A DNA stretch of 64,000 bases from a virus. Taxonomy: Duplodnaviria; Caudoviricetes. Where the stretch lies: IMG/VR virus record IMGVR_UViG_3300028283_000231, one strand, 5' to 3'. The position numbers were made by a program, and so were the translations under genes. Position 1 is the first letter of the stretch. Every line of letters starts with the position of its first letter. Below the pieces are notes generated by a model, which was not told the DNA's origin, made no database searches, and saw only the letters and a list, made by a program, of their open reading frames with translations. Below are positions 61,559 to 64,000 of the stretch, piece by piece.

Positions 61559-61786
61559 GTGTTGTTCTGCGATAAAAAAATAAATATAATAATGAATATG
61601 AATGGAAAAGTAAAGTTCTTCAATGAAGCTAAAGGTTTTGGTTTTATTTTAGAAAATGAAACAGGAAAAGAGTATTTTGTACACGCCACAGGTTTAGTCG
61701 ACAGAATACAAGAAAATGACGAGGTTGAGTTTGAATTAACTCAAGGTAAAAAGGGATTAAATGCAATTGATGTTAAGCTAATATAA
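61559..61786 (+). CDS. cspA: Cold-shock protein
   Basis: GKVKFFNEAKGFGFI, YFVHATG; real start probably MNMNGK/MNGK at about 61592-61598. Confidence 0.93.
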   Translation: MLFCDKKINIIMNMNGKVKFFNEAKGFGFILENETGKEYFVHATGLVDRIQENDEVEFELTQGKKGLNAIDVKLI

Positions 61787-61811
61787 TAGTAATCAACATA
61801 AACATTTATCT

Positions 61812-61843
61812 AAAAGACCCTGAGAAATCGGGGTTTTTTGTTT
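61812..61843 (+). terminator. Intrinsic terminator after cspA
   Basis: gaccctga-gaaa-tcggggtt plus U-tract. Confidence 0.8.
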
Positions 61844-61913
61844 TAATATACCACGACAACCAAGTGTACCATTTTTGACTTTTTATTTTTAATATATAAG
61901 AATAAAAAGAAAT

Positions 61914-62384
61914 ATGAGAAAAGATATATTAGAGAAAAAAGATCAAATTGTAAAATGGATAGAAGATAATCAATCTAAGGCTTTTATATGTAGAGAAATA
62001 GAATGTAAACCCTTAACATTAGATCTTTATTTGAAGAAATGGAAAATAGAATATTCTGGTAATAAAGGATTAAAGGGTAAAAAAATAGCACATAATAGGT
62101 CACACGTTTCTAATTATTTGATTAAAGGTTCTTTAATTACAAGTTATAAGTTAAAGAAAAGACTAATTAGGGATGGGGTAAAAGAAAAAAAATGTGAAGT
62201 TTGTAGGTTAACTGAATGGAATAATAAAGAAATTCCATTGGAAGTACATCATATTGATGGTGATAGTTTTAATAATGAGTTAACAAATATAATGTTATTG
62301 TGTCCTAATTGTCACGCGCAGACTGATACTTATAGAGGATTGAACAAACATATATATAAAAATAGGAAAAAAGACATCAAATAA
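61914..62384 (+). CDS. HNH endonuclease
   Basis: CEVC...LEVHHIDGD..NN...N..LLCPNCH. Confidence 0.88.
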   Translation: MRKDILEKKDQIVKWIEDNQSKAFICREIECKPLTLDLYLKKWKIEYSGNKGLKGKKIAHNRSHVSNYLIKGSLITSYKLKKRLIRDGVKEKKCEVCRLTEWNNKEIPLEVHHIDGDSFNNELTNIMLLCPNCHAQTDTYRGLNKHIYKNRKKDIK

Positions 62385-62436
62385 TTTTTTTAATATATAA
62401 AAAAGTCGTAATTTTGACGTAGTTCTTTGAAGATAT

Positions 62437-62520
62437 GCCGATGTGTTGTAATAGGTAGCCAAGACAGACTTAAAATCTGTTGAGAGTAATCTCGTGCCGG
62501 TTCGAGTCCGGCCATCGGTA
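62437..62520 (+). tRNA. tRNA-Leu(TAA), canonical long arm
   Basis: acaga-ctTAAaa-tctgt. Confidence 0.92.
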
Positions 62521-62533
62521 CAGTAAGGCGTAC

Positions 62534-62714
62534 AGGAAACCCTGCTTGAAGACAACAGTAACAATTGAGGGTGCAAGACTCTCCGGTGGAATACACTAAT
62601 AGCAGTATAGACTGGTTGTTATAGACTATTCCAGTAGTCGTTGTTTGTTGTAAAGATAGTGTAGTGGTGGTCATGTCCCCGACCTATTCCCTGGAAAATT
62701 GGACAGGGTTTCCT
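62534..62714 (+). ncRNA. Candidate structured ncRNA (181 nt)
   Basis: Perfect 11-bp closing stem aggaaaccctg/cagggtttcct with several internal stems. Confidence 0.55.
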
Positions 62715-64000
62715 TTCTTATTTTTTAAACTAAATAACTATGGATTATTACGAAACTATTGCTAAAATCGATCAAGACATTAAAGATCGAGAAGAGTTAG
62801 ATAACTATATTGAAAATGTACTTGATGGTACATTTCACACTATGGAAAGTGGAGATTATCCATATCCGTATTTAAAAGTAAAAACAGAAGATTTCAGTAA
62901 GACATTTAACCTTAAAGGTAAAACTATTGAATCTTTAAAGAAAGAAATAAGGGAAGCTCTTAATACAAAAATTAAGTTTTACCAGAATATATTAGACGAA
63001 ATATGAACATCTATAAAATAGAAGATAACAGACAAGGCGGACCAGCATGGGACGTTTACATTGGAGCTATTGTAGTCGCTGAGTCGCCCGATGACGCTAA
63101 GAAAATTCACCCTAACGGTTACGGTGTGGATTTTGCGGAATGGGACGGAACGGGAAGAAGGAATTACGAATGGGTTGATAAATATTCTGAAATTGATGTT
63201 ACTGAAATAGGTGTAGCAAATATTGATCAACCAAGAGGTGTTATAATGGATTCATATTGTGCAGGTTAATACTTAAAGTGATGAAAATGACTTGGAGACA
63301 ATTTTTCTTAAAATTGGGATTATCGTGGATTTTAATTAGTTTCATTTGTTATCTTATCATGACTTCTTTTTGGAGCTATAGACTAGGAATGAATCTACCT
63401 ACAATGCCGTTAAATATTGAAAGTATATTTTACACTATTTCAATGTCTCTTTATATGGGTGGATTGTTAACAGTTATGGGACTAGCAATGATCATATTAA
63501 TCGCTTTAATTAAGTCGTGGTGAAAACTTTAGAGGATAGAATAGAAAAAGATATTATAATAGGAATACCCAGTGGTGAAGTAATCTTTGTTGATAATATT
63601 GAAAAGGTGAAAGAACTTAAAAGATTAAAACTCATATGGATTAGAGTAATGCCAAATAAAACATTTGCTAGTGTATTTGAGGACAGGGATTTAAAAAAGA
63701 TTAAAAAGATATTGGAATAATTTTTTTATATCGTACACTTTCCGTATCTTTGTATTCTAAATCAGAAACAAAATTTTTTTGAGATTATTAAAACTTTTAA
63801 TAATTTCACAATATAATACATAACAATTGTTCTTTTATTAATGGTTTTTAGTGCGATTTGGTCGGACTACTTGGACTTGGACTTGGGATTCGCTACCTTG
63901 GGTCCACATTGGAAAATCCAGTGTTTAGTTTAACCAAAATAACACATAAAACTATGAGTAAGAAAGCTAAGTTAAATAACAGGGAAAAACGTTTACAGGA

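Noticed and set aside
62534-62714. tmRNA, RNase P RNA or group I intron
   Set aside because: No tRNA-like ends or tag ORF, no GAGGAAAGUCC, and the gacta/tagtc match forms only a local hairpin.

Overview
A 64-kb segment of an AT-rich jumbo (T4-like) phage genome. The host is probably Bacteroidota: TAnnTTTG promoters recur and most genes lack a Shine-Dalgarno sequence. The window holds structural and collagen-like fibre genes, many small accessory genes, homing endonucleases, a solo tnpB, DNA and RNA ligases, coaB/coaC, a heptose kinase, smpB, cspA, about 22 tRNA genes and two minimised aminoacyl-tRNA synthetases. The main finding is two tRNA + synthetase operons, each preceded by a promoter, a short leader-peptide ORF, an antiterminator segment and an intrinsic terminator (ribosome-mediated attenuator layout). 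Leader 2 (58068-58136, MNNILHINLLNSLCLLGIKLIG) uses all six Leu codons and precedes five Leu-anticodon tRNAs and an editing-less LeuRS. Leader 1 (46222-46317) has the core SKHSKHFSSSSKWF and precedes Ser, Lys, His, Phe and Trp tRNAs plus a TrpRS. This suggests a phage sensor that switches on replacement tRNAs when the matching host tRNAs become limiting (inference). Other oddities are short-variable-arm Leu tRNAs, an interrupted tRNA, an apparently permuted tRNA, two candidate ncRNAs and recurrent short peptide tags on unrelated proteins. All protein calls come from motif recognition by eye; no database search was run.
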